From positions 43,588,001 through 43,652,000 of the forward strand of contig NC_087447.1 of assembly GCF_036321535.1 (NCBI RefSeq): a stretch of 64,000 nt of DNA, read 5' to 3'. The number at the start of each line of letters is the position of its first letter. The first letter of the stretch is position 1. Both the position numbers and the translations under genes were made by a program. This stretch comes from Camelus dromedarius. Lineage: Eukaryota. Below, piece after piece: positions 12,186-24,107 of the stretch. Below the pieces are notes generated by a model. It was not told the origin of the DNA. It ran no database searches and saw only the letters and a list, made by a program, of their open reading frames with translations.

Positions 12186-12677
12186 TGTGCCTGAATCTTG
12201 GCCTGCCCTTGCTAGATGTGTCATCTAGGCATCATCTAAGGTTCATCCCCCTCAGCCTCACAGTGAGAGAATGCTGCACGCCTGGTGAGACGAGTGGGAT
12301 TAAGTCAGGCAAGGTGCGCTTGGCCATGAGCAAGTGTGCTTGTGACAGCTAAGAAAGCCTCAGACGTGTGAAACATCTTCACCAGCCCCACGCCCTAGAC
12401 ACTTGAAGACGCAGCTCCCTTCCAAGCTCCCACACCCACACTGTCCACATCCCACAGACCAGGTATCGGCTTCTCAAGTTGTTCATTCGTACTAGGCGGT
12501 GAGCAGCTACTTAGGACAAAGCCGGGTTACAGTTAAAATGCTCCACTTTGCAGTTAAAATAACCACACAGTCCAACTGAATGAGATGCCTCAGAATTCTA
12601 ACAATAATAGTTTTCTGATGTCTCCAGTATTGGCCTTGTTTGTGTGATCTGAGCTATTGTATTGTGCTTGTGCCCAG

Positions 12678-12758
12678 ATGTAAACATCTCCAGATTAGAG
12701 AATGAATCCGTGTTTCTGGAGACGTGGAATGTACCACCTGAAGGACCCAGCGCTTCTG
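12678..12758 (+). CDS. OVCH2: Ovochymase-2 post-CUB exon, open through to a splice donor
   Basis: cag/gtaagc, phase 1-1; DVNISRLENESVFLETWNVPPEGPSAS resembles the recalled human C-terminus DLNISISEDESMFLET. Confidence 0.8.
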
Positions 12759-12799
12759 GTAAGCTGTTTTGGAGAGAGTGACCATGAGGTGCAGAGTGT

Positions 12800-13475
12800 G
12801 TTAGGGTTCACCCAGAGAACCCCCCAAAAATATATTGGATCCCAACCTCCAGTGTCCAGACTCACACTCTGTGACCTTATTTGAAGATAGTGTTTATAGA
12901 GGCAGTCAAGTGTGGGTCCTAATCCAGAATGACTCGTGTCCTTCTAAAAGGGGAAGTTCGGAGAGAGGGACGCACACAGGGAGAACCTCATATGGGCATG
13001 AAGGCAGAGATCAGGGTGATGGATCATCCACAAGCCAAGGAACGCCACAGACTGCCAGCCAACCGCAAGATGCCAGAGGAGAGGCCTGGGCCCGATTCTG
13101 CATCGCCATCCTCCGAAGGAATCAGCCTTACCAACACCTTGATCTCGGATCTAGGCTCCAAGACTGTGACACAATAAACGTTTGCCTTCTAAGCTTCCCT
13201 GTTTGTGACATTTTGTTGTAGCAGACCTAGCAAGCTAATAATAATTTCTTCTTTCTTTGGGGGAGTCCTCAGCTCTGCTTTTAAGGTCTTTCCAACTAAT
13301 GATTTCAGGCCGACCCAGATTTTTCGGGAAACTCTTCCTTACCTAAAGTCAACAGACTGGGGACTTTTATCACATCTGCAGGATCCCCTCATAGGAACAT
13401 CTAGGTGAATGTTGGATTGAATAACTGGGTGCTATATACCCTAGGCAAGTTGCCACATCAAAAAAGCCATCACAC
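12800..13475. mobile_element. MaLR/ERVL-type LTR fragments (MLT-like)
   Basis: tgtgaccttatttgaagatag...caagccaaggaacgccacagactgccagc...aataaacg...ttgtagcagacctagcaagctaata. Confidence 0.65.
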
Positions 13476-15771
13476 AGAGCGGTATGGAATGTGGTCATTG
13501 TCCCTTTTGCTCAAAGTATTACTGAAATATTTTCTATCACAAGAGTCAAAATTCCCCGTCTTGAGGGATTCAGTTGGTGGGAATGGCTAAACAGTGCGCC
13601 AGACTGTGATCTGACTCACAAGATCCACCCACTGGAAGAGGAGTGTGTGTGCTGCTCTGTCTTCATGCCGGTGAGCACTGAGAAACGCTGGGCCTTCTCT
13701 TTGCCTTGTTTCCTCCATGGCGTCTACTGACATGCACACGTGCCATCCACGTCCCCAAGGAAAATACGGTGCGGGGAGCACGCGGAGGCTGAGGGTAAGG
13801 AAACTCGTAGTTTGCCATTTTGATAGTTTGTCAAGAGAAAATTCCAGCACCTTATTTTTATCTTTTAAATTTTAATATTTATTTATTTTAGTTTTATAAG
13901 TTATTGACACACAGGGCACAGAGCAATAGAGAGTGTGGGGGGTGAGTATTCCTTTTAATGAGGAGGGATAGAAGCAGTTGAGTCTTTTTATTCTGCCTCC
14001 TTGGACCTCATGATGCATGGATATCATGGGTGGAAACTCTGTAAAGTGGGTCTTCTGTGGTCCCTCTTCTTGGCCATCATGGGGGGTACATTTAGCAAAG
14101 CCGTTACTCTCAGCCTAAACCACATACAACATTCTCCAAGGCGTCTTATTACAACATGCGACAAGATTGGTTCATCATTTTATCCCCAGCGCCTACCGCA
14201 GTGCCCAGAACATGGGAGCTGCCAGATAAATATTTGGTGAATAAAACTAAATAACCCACAAATAGCTACCCCTGTAAAACCGCAATACGGGAGTCTTGCC
14301 TGGTTCTTACTCACCGAACTCACATCTACTTTAGGACCTTCTTCCCTTATTCAAATACACATAAAAACTGAGGACAGACAAGAGAAATAGTTTCCCTATG
14401 TCTTGTTTTCAATAGCTCACCTAACCTAGATTACTTAAGTCATCCAATAAGCAATTTTGTCCTGCACTTTTTATTTTGAAATCTTGCAAATCTACAGAAC
14501 AGGTTAAAGAATAATACAAGGAACTTCTGTTTATCTTTCACGTATATTCATAACTTGTTGACATCCTGTCACATTGGCTTGATACTCATTTGGTGTCTTC
14601 TCTGGGCAAATCTCGATACCAGAGCCCAGGCTGTGGGGGAGGCGGGTACCAAGAGGAACAAGATAGGTACTAACCTATCTTTAAGAAACTTACATCCTCT
14701 TTTATTTTATTCATTTATTTTTTAAAATTGAAGTACAGTCAGTTACAATGTGTCAGGTTCTAGTGTACAGCATAATGTCCCAGTCATGCTTATATATACA
14801 TATATTTGTTTTCATATTCTTTTTCGTTAAAGGTTATTACAAGATGTTAAATATAGAAGAACTTCTATCCTAATCATGAAATTTACATGTACAAATAGAG
14901 AGCAGAAGTATGTAAAACTAAGATCATTCAAAAGTAGTATATGGTGTTACGTGCCAGGGTAGCAGTTACGCTTCGGGGGAGTAGTGACCCTGACAGCTCC
15001 TGACATGACTTCTGGGGTTCTGCTAGTCTGTTTCTTTCTTTTCTTTTCTTTTTATTGAAGTATAGTCAGTTTACAATGTTGTGTCAATTTTAGTCTGTTT
15101 CTTGATCTGGGTTCCTGTTGTACTTTTGGGAAATTCATTCTAAGTACTTTCTTACTGGAGTAGTTTGCTTTATCTATGTTATACTGTAATAAAATTCACA
15201 AGAAAAGGGAAAACGTGCACAGAAAACCGCAATACAAGAAAAGACCGAAGTAGCTCTTGGATGAGATGATTAGGAAACTGGTTTTGATTTGGGCTCACAA
15301 AGATAAATAGAATGTCAGCATTATTCTATTTGCTGTGGGGAACCTTCGGATGGTTTTGATCAGGGGAGTGACAAGATCAAAACAAGCACTTTTTGGTGGT
15401 TAATTTGGGAGTGAGAGGAGGATGGGGAAAGAGTAACCACAGGGAGAGGAGTCCAGGTGAGCAATATTGAAGACCCAAGCCCAAAGGTAGAAGATGGAGG
15501 CAAGATACACTGTGAACATAGGATGTAAAGTGTTTGGAGACTAAATTATTGGGGCAAAAAAGAGGAGGGGAGAGGGTGAACTTGGTATTTTACTCTTGGC
15601 TGAAACATTCACTTATAGTGTGTATATATAGATATACAGAATACAATAAGCATTTCTCATTATTCCCAGGTGTCTGTTAGAGTTCCTGGCACAGGTAGAT
15701 GCTCAGACCTGGACCTGGTGGTGAAGAGGATCCATGGGTCATAAGGATGTGTCTTCTTGGCCCCTTCCTAG

Positions 15772-15943
15772 GTGGGCTCTGCGGAGCAGCTTCCCCTCCC
15801 TGCTTCCAGGTCCCGTTCCGGCCACATTGTGGGAGACAGGAGACCATAGTCAGCTCATGGCCATAGCAGGTCAGTCTGCAGATTGCCACCAGGCATCTCT
15901 AGGAAGACCTGGATAGTCATCCTGATCACTGCTTCACCAATAC
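15772..15943 (+). pseudogene. Relic exon A of a second OVCH2 trypsin domain (activation site to catalytic His); its first part may be the present terminal coding exon (stop 15864-15866)
   Basis: ttcctag acceptor; GLCG..., HIVGD in the +1 frame, SSWP*QVSLQIATRHL*, then W-I-V...HCFTN; followed by ataagt (gtaagt-like donor). Confidence 0.72.
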
Positions 15944-16489
15944 ATAAGTACACCCAGGGAATGGAATATGGTGGGAGCTGATGGTTAAAGTTGGCTAATC
16001 ATTAGTTCTTCTGCTAAAGCCTCTGATATCTATCAGCAGCTACTGTTGGCTTCCTCATTCACCACCATCACGGGCAGTCCGCCTCCCAGACAGAACTTAA
16101 GTTCCTTGAGTGCTCAGGCAAGTTCTGCCCCCTCACACTGCGCTTCTAGTATATTTTAATTAAACATGAGGCTGATTGTTGGGCAGAGATATATTTATTT
16201 TATCATATCTGCCCTCCTGGGATTTTTAGATCAGAAACTAATGTTGAATTTTGTGAAATACTTCCTGTATCTACTGAAATGACTAAATGATTTTCTCCTT
16301 TGACTTATTAATATATTAAATTCATATTAATGGATTTCCTAACATTCCTACATTTCTCAAATGAATCCCACTTGGACATGGTACATTCATATTTCAGTGC
16401 ACTGCTGGGTTCTGTTTAGTAAGATTTCACTTCGATTTTTGCATCAACGTTCATAATTGAAATTGACCTATAGATCAATTGAACTGACG

Positions 16490-17008
16490 TATGTGGTCAA
16501 AATGTGGTGTGGAGAATACTGGGGATTTCCAAGGTCCTTTTAGGGGGGTCTGCAAGGTCAAAACGATTTTCATAGTAATACTAAGACATTATTCTCTTTC
16601 ACTCCCATTCTCTCATGAGTGTGCAGTAGAGTTTTCCAGAGACTACGTAAATGCAGTTTCTCAACAGATTGCATGTGAAAAAGCAGAGAGAAAATCCCAT
16701 CTGTCTTCTGTTTAGCCAGACATTAAACAGTTTTGGGAAACCGTGAAACAGTACCAGTCTTACTTAAATTTTTTGTTTTGGAAAATGTAGTTATTTGAAT
16801 GCATCTTCTTTATGTTAATACCTAATGGTTTTGTTATGATCATCCTAATAATGAATGCATAATCTAAAAAAATTCTGCTTTAATTTCTAATATGTTAACT
16901 ATTGATAAATCACATATTACTCACATAAACAAAAATTCTTGAGGGTTCTCAATGATTTTTTTCAAAGTGTGGAGGTGTCCTGAGACCAGAAAATTTGAGA
17001 ACCACTGG
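16490..17008. mobile_element. Charlie-like hAT fragment nested in old L1 sequence
   Basis: gtggtcaaaatgtggt...ggtctgcaaggtcaaaac.attttcatagtaatactaagac...tttgagaaccactg. Confidence 0.6.
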
Positions 17009-18107
17009 ATATAGTTTTCTTTCCATTGCCTGCCTTTGTCAGAATTGGGTATCAGTGCTCTTCATGAAAAGAACTGGAGAGCTCTCCTTTTTTTTTTTAA
17101 TTGAGGTATAATTGACATATAACATATTAGTTTCAGATGTGCAACATAATATTTTGCATTTGTTTGATACTTGTCTTTTTGCAAAATGGTCACTGCAATA
17201 AGTATAGTTAACTTCCACCAGCATACATGGTTACGATTGTTTTTCCTTGTGATGAAAACTTTTAAGATCTACTCTTGTAGCAACTTAATTTAGAGCTTTC
17301 CTTTTTGCTCTATGCTTTGCATGAATTTATAACAGAAGAATAAACAATGACACCATGTAATTACATATACTAAACATCTATTTCTTGAAGACTTAACGGT
17401 AACTTTCTCAATTTCCTTCCTTGTTATTGGTTTTTAGGTTTAAAAATTACATCTTCAGTCAATTCTGATAATTTATAATCCCCTACTAATAGCTATAGCA
17501 TTCATATTTTCCTAATTGCTTTGTGTTGTACAAAATATTTCCTTATGCCTCCTGTTTTTGTGATGTTTTCTACTTTTACAATTTTGTATATTTTAAAAAT
17601 CTTTTTTAAAAATTAGACTAGTTAGTGTCTTGTCATTTTATAGAGATTTTATTTTTATCTTAGAAAACAGTTAGGTTGTTGGAATGACCCTATTTCCTCT
17701 GACTGCACCCTGTCGAGTCTCTTCAGCTGACCTGGACAGACAGGCTGAACAGAGGCTGGGGACCGTGGCTCTGAGAAATTTCTTGCAGATGACAGACAGG
17801 CACGGCTATAGTCCATGCTGACGTTAGAATGAAGCTGCAAGGCTTGATTATGTTCCCATTAGAGCTCTTAACAACTTGAGTGACGTCGGACAGACTGCTT
17901 CATGCTTCTGAGCCCTAGGGTCTTCTGTGTACATAGAAGACAGAACGTTCCCTAGAGCCTTGCTGAGTCGCTGGCTGCTGCCTTCACTGCAATGGTCAAG
18001 ATGGTGACCTTGCCTTCCTCTGATTCCTGGGCTCCTTAGAGAACTACTCCTAACCCCATATTTTTTAATGAGGCCATATCTGAGTTTCTTTTTCTTCTCA
18101 CTTTTAG

Positions 18108-18160
18108 CTGCCTGGGTGATGAATGCAAGCATCCATGATTTGGCCAAAGGCTCCCCTTGG
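18108..18160 (+). pseudogene. Relic exon B of the second trypsin domain (W-x-x-x-A-x-x-HDL strand)
   Basis: Strong pyrimidine tract + tag; AAWVMNASIHDLAKGSPW parallels LNVTAGEHDLS of domain 1; gt at 18161. Confidence 0.5.
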
Positions 18161-18634
18161 GTCAGAAGCATCAGAGCCTCCCTTCTCTCCAGCCAGCCTG
18201 GCCGCCAGCATCTCACTATGACGACCACAGCTCCACTAGTTGTGTGGTTCCCACGATGTTGGCCAATACAAGATTTAGACTGAATTTTTTTTCCCTTTAT
18301 AAGGAGAGAGATAGGGAGGATCTAAATTCTAATTCGATGTTTGTAATTATGTCTAGCTTCACAATGACCTCGTCTTCTCCTGGCCAGATTTTCCTTCTTT
18401 CCAGCCCAACGAGACTGTAGAATGAATGAGTCATGTAAGAAACTCTCCCTAAGGCCCACGTCCACCCGGCCCCATGCAGTGTACTAACAACACAAGGGTG
18501 AGTCAGACACCATCCCTGGTGGTGACCAGGCAGCCGTCCTTCAAGTTGTTTCCTCTTTGGGGGGAATTCAAGTACCTAAGCTCCATGTGCCTCCTTTCTT
18601 CGGTGGGTCTGTTTAGCACTCCTTTTGTCTTACT

Positions 18635-18812
18635 GGTCCACATAAGCCACCCTGCCTCCTGTAGGTCCGCTATGGACCATGACTTGGCATCTTTGCAACT
18701 GGTGAACCCGCTTAACTTGAATAGGCACCTCCATCCAGCCTGTGGCCTAAGAGGGGCCCTGGGCAGCTGCTTCCAGACTGTGTGCAGTCACAGGATGGAG
18801 GTCCTTACCCAG
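18635..18812 (+). pseudogene. Relic exon C of the second trypsin domain (catalytic Asp region to VTGW)
   Basis: VHISHPASCRSAMDHDLASLQLVNPLNLNRHLHPAC, then after a frameshift SRLCAVTGWR; boundaries approximate. Confidence 0.72.
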
Positions 18813-19805
18813 GTCTGGGATCAGCCCTGGCATGAGGGTCCTGGGAACCTTCCATGTCTGCAGGACGTCAGACCCCTTAGTTACACACCTTCGCTCAGGC
18901 TTCTCACACTGCCTGTGTGCTGTGAAAAGGTGAAGACACTTGCCCAATGTTTACAGAAAGAAAAGAAACCGAGGCTCATAGAGCTGAGGGACAGCCACCC
19001 CACTGCGGAGGTGGAGCCTGCACTGGGCTCAGTTTAAGCACAGTCATCTTTCACTGCCCCGACATGGCGGCTAATTCCACACCCCTCTGGTGCTCTGCCA
19101 CCCTTCCTGTCCTACCACGAGCACACAAGACTGACCCCCTGTTTCATTCATTCTTTCCCATGCTCATGTGCAAGGCTTCACTGAGCACCATCTTCTTGCC
19201 AGACCCTCAGTTAGGTTCTGGGGATGTAAAAGCAAATAAAACCCAATCCATGGTTTCTAGCGTAGGATTTAAGAACTGTGTGTAACTGTCCCAAAGCACA
19301 CAGTGATCAACACTGTAACAGATGGGAGCGCTGTGTTCAGAGATAACACAGAGAAGGGAGTGACTTCCTCGGACTATCAGAGAAGGCGTAACTAATGATG
19401 AGACACTTACCCTGGGTCTTAAAAGAATCAGAAGTTTTCCAGGTCAATAGAGAAGGGAAAGCATTTCATTCAGAGCAGCTGGCATGAACTAAGGATCAGA
19501 AAGACTAAGCAGAGGAACATTAAGGGCAAAGAGGGCAGTTCTGTGTGCCTGGTGCTTTGATGGGGGGAGTTGAGGGGAGGTTATTTAAAATTACAGCCTG
19601 AGTCCCAGTTGTGAAGGGTCTTATTTTGGTGCTAAGAAGGTCAGACTCTATCTCATAGTCAAGTGATAGGAACTACTGCCGTTCAAGTGCAGAAGAGGGG
19701 AAAAAAAAAAGACCTGTACTAAAGAGAAATTAATCCGCAGAAGTCAAGAGGTTAGAGGGAAAGAGCAGAGGCAGGAAACAGTTGAGGAAATGCATGGGAA
19801 ATGCA

Positions 19806-20625
19806 TTTGTTTTTGTTTTTGTGTTTTGGCTGGTGCATCCTCCATTTTATTCCGAGAGGCTCCAGCTGAAACAAAAATTACAAGGTTAAGCGCTACTCTG
19901 AGTTCCTGACACAGCTAATCCCTACTTGGTCTTCAAAAAATAGAGGTCTGTAATTCTTTTCTGAAAGTGCCTTCAAAGTGGAGGTCTTTGGCCATGAGCT
20001 CCTCTTCGACATTATCTAGTGCCCACTGGTGATCCAGCTCCCAAGCTTCCCACTCTGTCTTAAAAGCTTTGTTGGTGTCTGTAGGCACGGCCATGGCTGC
20101 TCCAGTTATCTGCTCCTGCATCATCCATAACTGGTCAGCATCTTGGCCCCAAATCAGAATAAATGCTCTGAAGCCCAAAGACACTGAGGAAGTACCAGGA
20201 TGCAGAATTCACCTAGGATGCATTTAAGGTGAATGGTTCTATTCCTTGCTGTAGCATAGGCTTAAAACAGAGGGTCCGTGGAAATGAGATGTTGGTTGTG
20301 ACAAAGCCTGAGAATGTGATGTTGATCCATCCACCAATAAGAATCATAGGGAGGACACTGTTGCATTGCCTCCCATCGTGTCTGTGAGCAAAGGGGCTCA
20401 GTCGTAGGAGAAGGTGGCACAACCTTCCTTTTAGTTTTTTGAAAAATCCATCCTCTGGGTTGTTGAAGTAATATTTTTGTGTCATGTATTTTCCATTTCC
20501 CCTGAGGACTCTGCTTCAGATTAGGATTTGACTGTCAGAGGCTTGTTCCTGGGTGAGTTTCTTGTCACTCTGAAGCCAGATGGACACGTAGTGGTGGATC
20601 ATGTCCACGGAGGAGGTGATGGTAA
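19806..20625 (-). pseudogene. EMC3: Processed pseudogene of EMC3 (TMEM111), 5'-truncated
   Basis: Intronless fragments [84 protein letters not shown] (stop 19933-19935); frameshifts and stops; minus-strand AATAAA at 19846-19851 and decayed A tail ~19806-19827. Confidence 0.93.
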
Positions 20626-22185
20626 CATGTCCTAGCTGTATTATGACTCTGCAGTGAAAACATTTAGCCCAGGTAAAATACAGTGAGGACTACAAGAGTG
20701 ACAAGGAGGAAAAAGCAGTTTCAAGAAACATTGTTTTCACAGAATCAACAAGACTTGATGACCAATTATGTTTAGAATGGAGGAAAGAAAGTACCTAACT
20801 CAAGTGATTGCGTAGATAAAAGCTAACCACAATAATAGCTGGCATTTATTATTTTTTGATGGTGTAATATTTATTTTAAATACAACCAATAGGAACTGGG
20901 AGGGGGGCATCCCCATTAAAGGGACAGCTCTGCAAAGAGAACCCATTAAAATGAATGTAAATCACAGTAGCTTCAGGAACAGTTTAAAGCCAATCTGACT
21001 TTTAAAAAAAATAATACTTTGCATTTATTATTTACTCTGGGCCAAACCCTTTATGTGCATTATCTGATACTGTCCTTTCAGAAAACCTGGGAAATTGGTC
21101 CTGTTATTAACCCTAGTTTTATAGATGAAGAAATTGAAGCTCAGTGATCAAGTTCTTTGCCCAAATAAAGTGGCCTAACAGGGATTCAGACCCAAGACTG
21201 TCTGACGTCAGAACTCGATGCCCTTAACCGCTATGCTATACTGCCTCTGCCTTTCCTCTTGACCAAAAAAAAAGGAGTATCTTAGCAGGTGTAGGGAGGG
21301 TGTGAGACAGTGAAGATGAATTCAGTCTGTATCTAGTAATTTTGCAGGTACCAGTGGGATATCTAGCTACATGTGTCCAGGGATTAAGAATGCAGGCGGG
21401 GATAATGGGATTTGAGAGGTAGCAGGTACGGTGAGGGTGGCAGCCTGGAGGAAGGCTATCTTCAGAGGGAAAGGAGCAAAGGGAGAGAGGAGGACCTGAG
21501 CAAAGAGGCTGAAAGGAGCAAGCACAAGAGGAGGAGGAGAAGCAGGACAGAGCATGGGAGCTGGAGAGAGAGTTTGAGTTTTAAGAAGAATGTGGTCAAT
21601 AGTGCAAAATGCTGGACAGAATCTAATCATATAAGAATGGGAAGAGAGGCCTTTTGATTTGGCCATTGGCAGATTGTGGGTAATCTCAGTAAGCCAGGAT
21701 TCCGTGGTCTGACTGCTCGAGTAGGAGAATAAACAGGAAGTGACAGAGCGGCAGCAATAGAGACGGATTTCACTTTCAGAGACACCCCCCCCCCCCCCCC
21801 CCGCCAAGTACAGTTCTAGTCTCCGGGCTCTGTTGCAGATGCTCCTGGGCTTCAGGAGTCCTGGATGCCGGCACTGACACACCAGGATGATCTCAGTGAC
21901 AATTTATTTCTTAGCCTTAGACTTCCAAGGAACTTTATTTTCTCACAATATGTAGTAGGCTCCTCTTTCTTATTCCCACAGCTGTCACTTCGTATAAATG
22001 TTTGGGGTAATATAATTTCCTTTGACAGCTTGCAGAGAAATATCACCTACCTTTTAATCCATGTGATAGAATCCTTTTTCCTTTTGTCTTTATGGATAAC
22101 ATTCCCAAATATCCCCTGAAAATACATTCTGCTTTTTTTTCTAGACCTTAACTGACTTTAACAAAAGAGATTACTTGCCTTCAAG

Positions 22186-22337
22186 ATGGGGAGAAGGCCA
22201 CCAAGCTCCTGCAGCTTACCATTCCCATCCCTGCCTCTGAAACCTGCCGGGTGTGTTCTGTGCCCCTCTCTCCACTGATGCTCTGGAGAACACTGGGTGC
22301 TGGCTTCCCTTCTGAGTGGGAGAAGGATTCCTGCTGG
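22186..22337 (+). pseudogene. Relic exon D of the second trypsin domain (KDSC)
   Basis: aag/gtaagc, 152 nt, phase 1-0, same as exon 2240-2391; DGEKATKLLQLTIPIPASETC...LGAGFPSEWEKDSCW. Confidence 0.78.
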
Positions 22338-23150
22338 GTAAGCTCTCCACCCACTCCCCTTCTCCTCTCACAGTGCCCGTGGAGGATGGGGAAACTGTCA
22401 GCCTGTGGGGAAGATTCTGTTCGTCAGCTGGTGGCTTGACAGGAGAGAGCCCCTGGTGGAGCCGCTGTGACAGTGGCAGAGATTAGAATCTTCAGGATCC
22501 TCTGGGACCCACTGTAGAGAATTTTAAGAACCTTCTTTTAAGATGTGAATAGTCCTTTCTAAAAAAGCTTCCTTTGGATTTCCCAAACTGTTCTACTCCA
22601 GTTAGGAAGTACAGAAAAGGATCCTCCTTCTATATTTTCAGAGTTTGGGTTTCCTTTCTCTTTGCTTCCAGAACTGAATCACTCCGGCTTGCAGCAGGGG
22701 CTGGGGCAGGCAACTCTGGCTTCTAAAGATCTATTTCATCCTGTTTGGGAATGTTGACAGTAGTTAATAAATCATACATTCTTTATTCTTCCTCAGTTCT
22801 CATCAGACTGATTATTAACATGTGTTAAAGAAATTAAATTAGCAGACAAAATATATCACAAGGTGAAATCTACAGTTTGCATATCAAGACTGATGGCCCA
22901 CTAACCCCTAACTCTGATCAGGGGTTGTTATCAGTTTACAGGGAGTAGGCTCTGCCATAATCAGCTGTTCTAAGAGCCCAGCACCCCTGGATCCCAGCAG
23001 GAATATCCTCCTGTCCTTTCTTTTCTGGATCGTCACCATCCAGTCCTGTTTTTTCTCCCTTCACCCTCAGTGGACTAGCCCAAACATCTGAGGAAAGCTT
23101 GTACATTTTACTGTGGTAAGAACTGACCCAGGCCTTTCATAGTCTTCTAG

Positions 23151-23322
23151 GATGGCTCCAGGAGCCCCATGCTCTGCCCTCTGGAAGATCTGGGCACGAC
23201 TCCATCACTGGGACAGACAGCTGGGGCCTGGGCTGTGGACTGACTCACCTGGAGTGTTCATGACCGTCAGTGCTTTCATGTGCTTGATTGGCCTGCACTT
23301 CCATGACTGGGACTTTATAAGA
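23151..23322 (+). pseudogene. Relic exon E of the second trypsin domain (GDSG-like, SWGLGCG, PGVF)
   Basis: tctag acceptor, phase 0; DGSRSPMLCP / SITGTDSWGLGCG / DSPGVFMTVSAFMCLI in three frames; gtaagt at 23323. Confidence 0.78.
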
Positions 23323-23572
23323 GTAAGTTTTCTAAGCTGATGAAACTCCTTCCCCATAGCGTTATCTGCAAAGGCAGCGCTGGCCCGTCTTCCCAGACAG
23401 GTCTCAGAGGAAGCCTCGAAGACATCCTCCTCAAAGGACGCTGCACAGACCTTCTCTTTCTTTATGTTAGTAAGAATGTGCAGTACTTTGCAGACTGGGT
23501 TCATGTTCAGTGTGGACAAATTCATTTGTGGGAAAGAGAGTGGTGCTTTTCCTTTGCCATTTTGACCATTTT

Positions 23573-24107
23573 ATTTATTTTTATTTATTTATTTTTTAAA
23601 TTGACATACAGTCAGTTACAATGTCTCCGTTTCTGGTGTACAGTACAATGTCCCAGTCATGCATATACATACATTCATTTTCATATTCTTTTTCATTAAA
23701 GGTTATTACAAGATAATGCATATAGTTCCCTGTGCTATTGAGAAGAAACTTGTAATTTTTAAATCTATTTTTATATATAGTGGCTAACATTTGCAAATCT
23801 CAAACTCCCAAATTTATCTCTTCCCACCCCCTTTCCTCCAGTAACCGTAAGATTGTTTACTATGTCTGTGGGTCTGTTTCTGCTTTGTAGATGAGTTCAT
23901 TAGTGTCCTCCTTTTTTCCTTCTTCTTTTTTTTAGATTCCACATATGAGTGATACCATATGGTATTTTTCTTTCTCTTTCTGGCTTACTTCACTTCGAAT
24001 GACAATCTCTATGTCCATCCATGTTGCTGCAAATGGCATTATTTTAGTCTTTTTATGGCTGAGTAGTATTCCATTGTATAAATATACCACAACTTCTTTA
24101 TCCAGTG
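23573..24107 (-). mobile_element. L1 3' fragment
   Basis: ORF2 C-terminal relic IMPFAATWMDIE.V..SEVSQKEKEKYHM.SLICG; TSD TTTTGACCATTTT on both sides. Confidence 0.88.

Noticed and set aside
15670..15770. KRIHG...SSWP-like stretch as a zymogen activation site
   Set aside because: Weaker than the HIVGD/SWP*QVSLQ match ~100 nt downstream; kept only as an alternative terminal acceptor.
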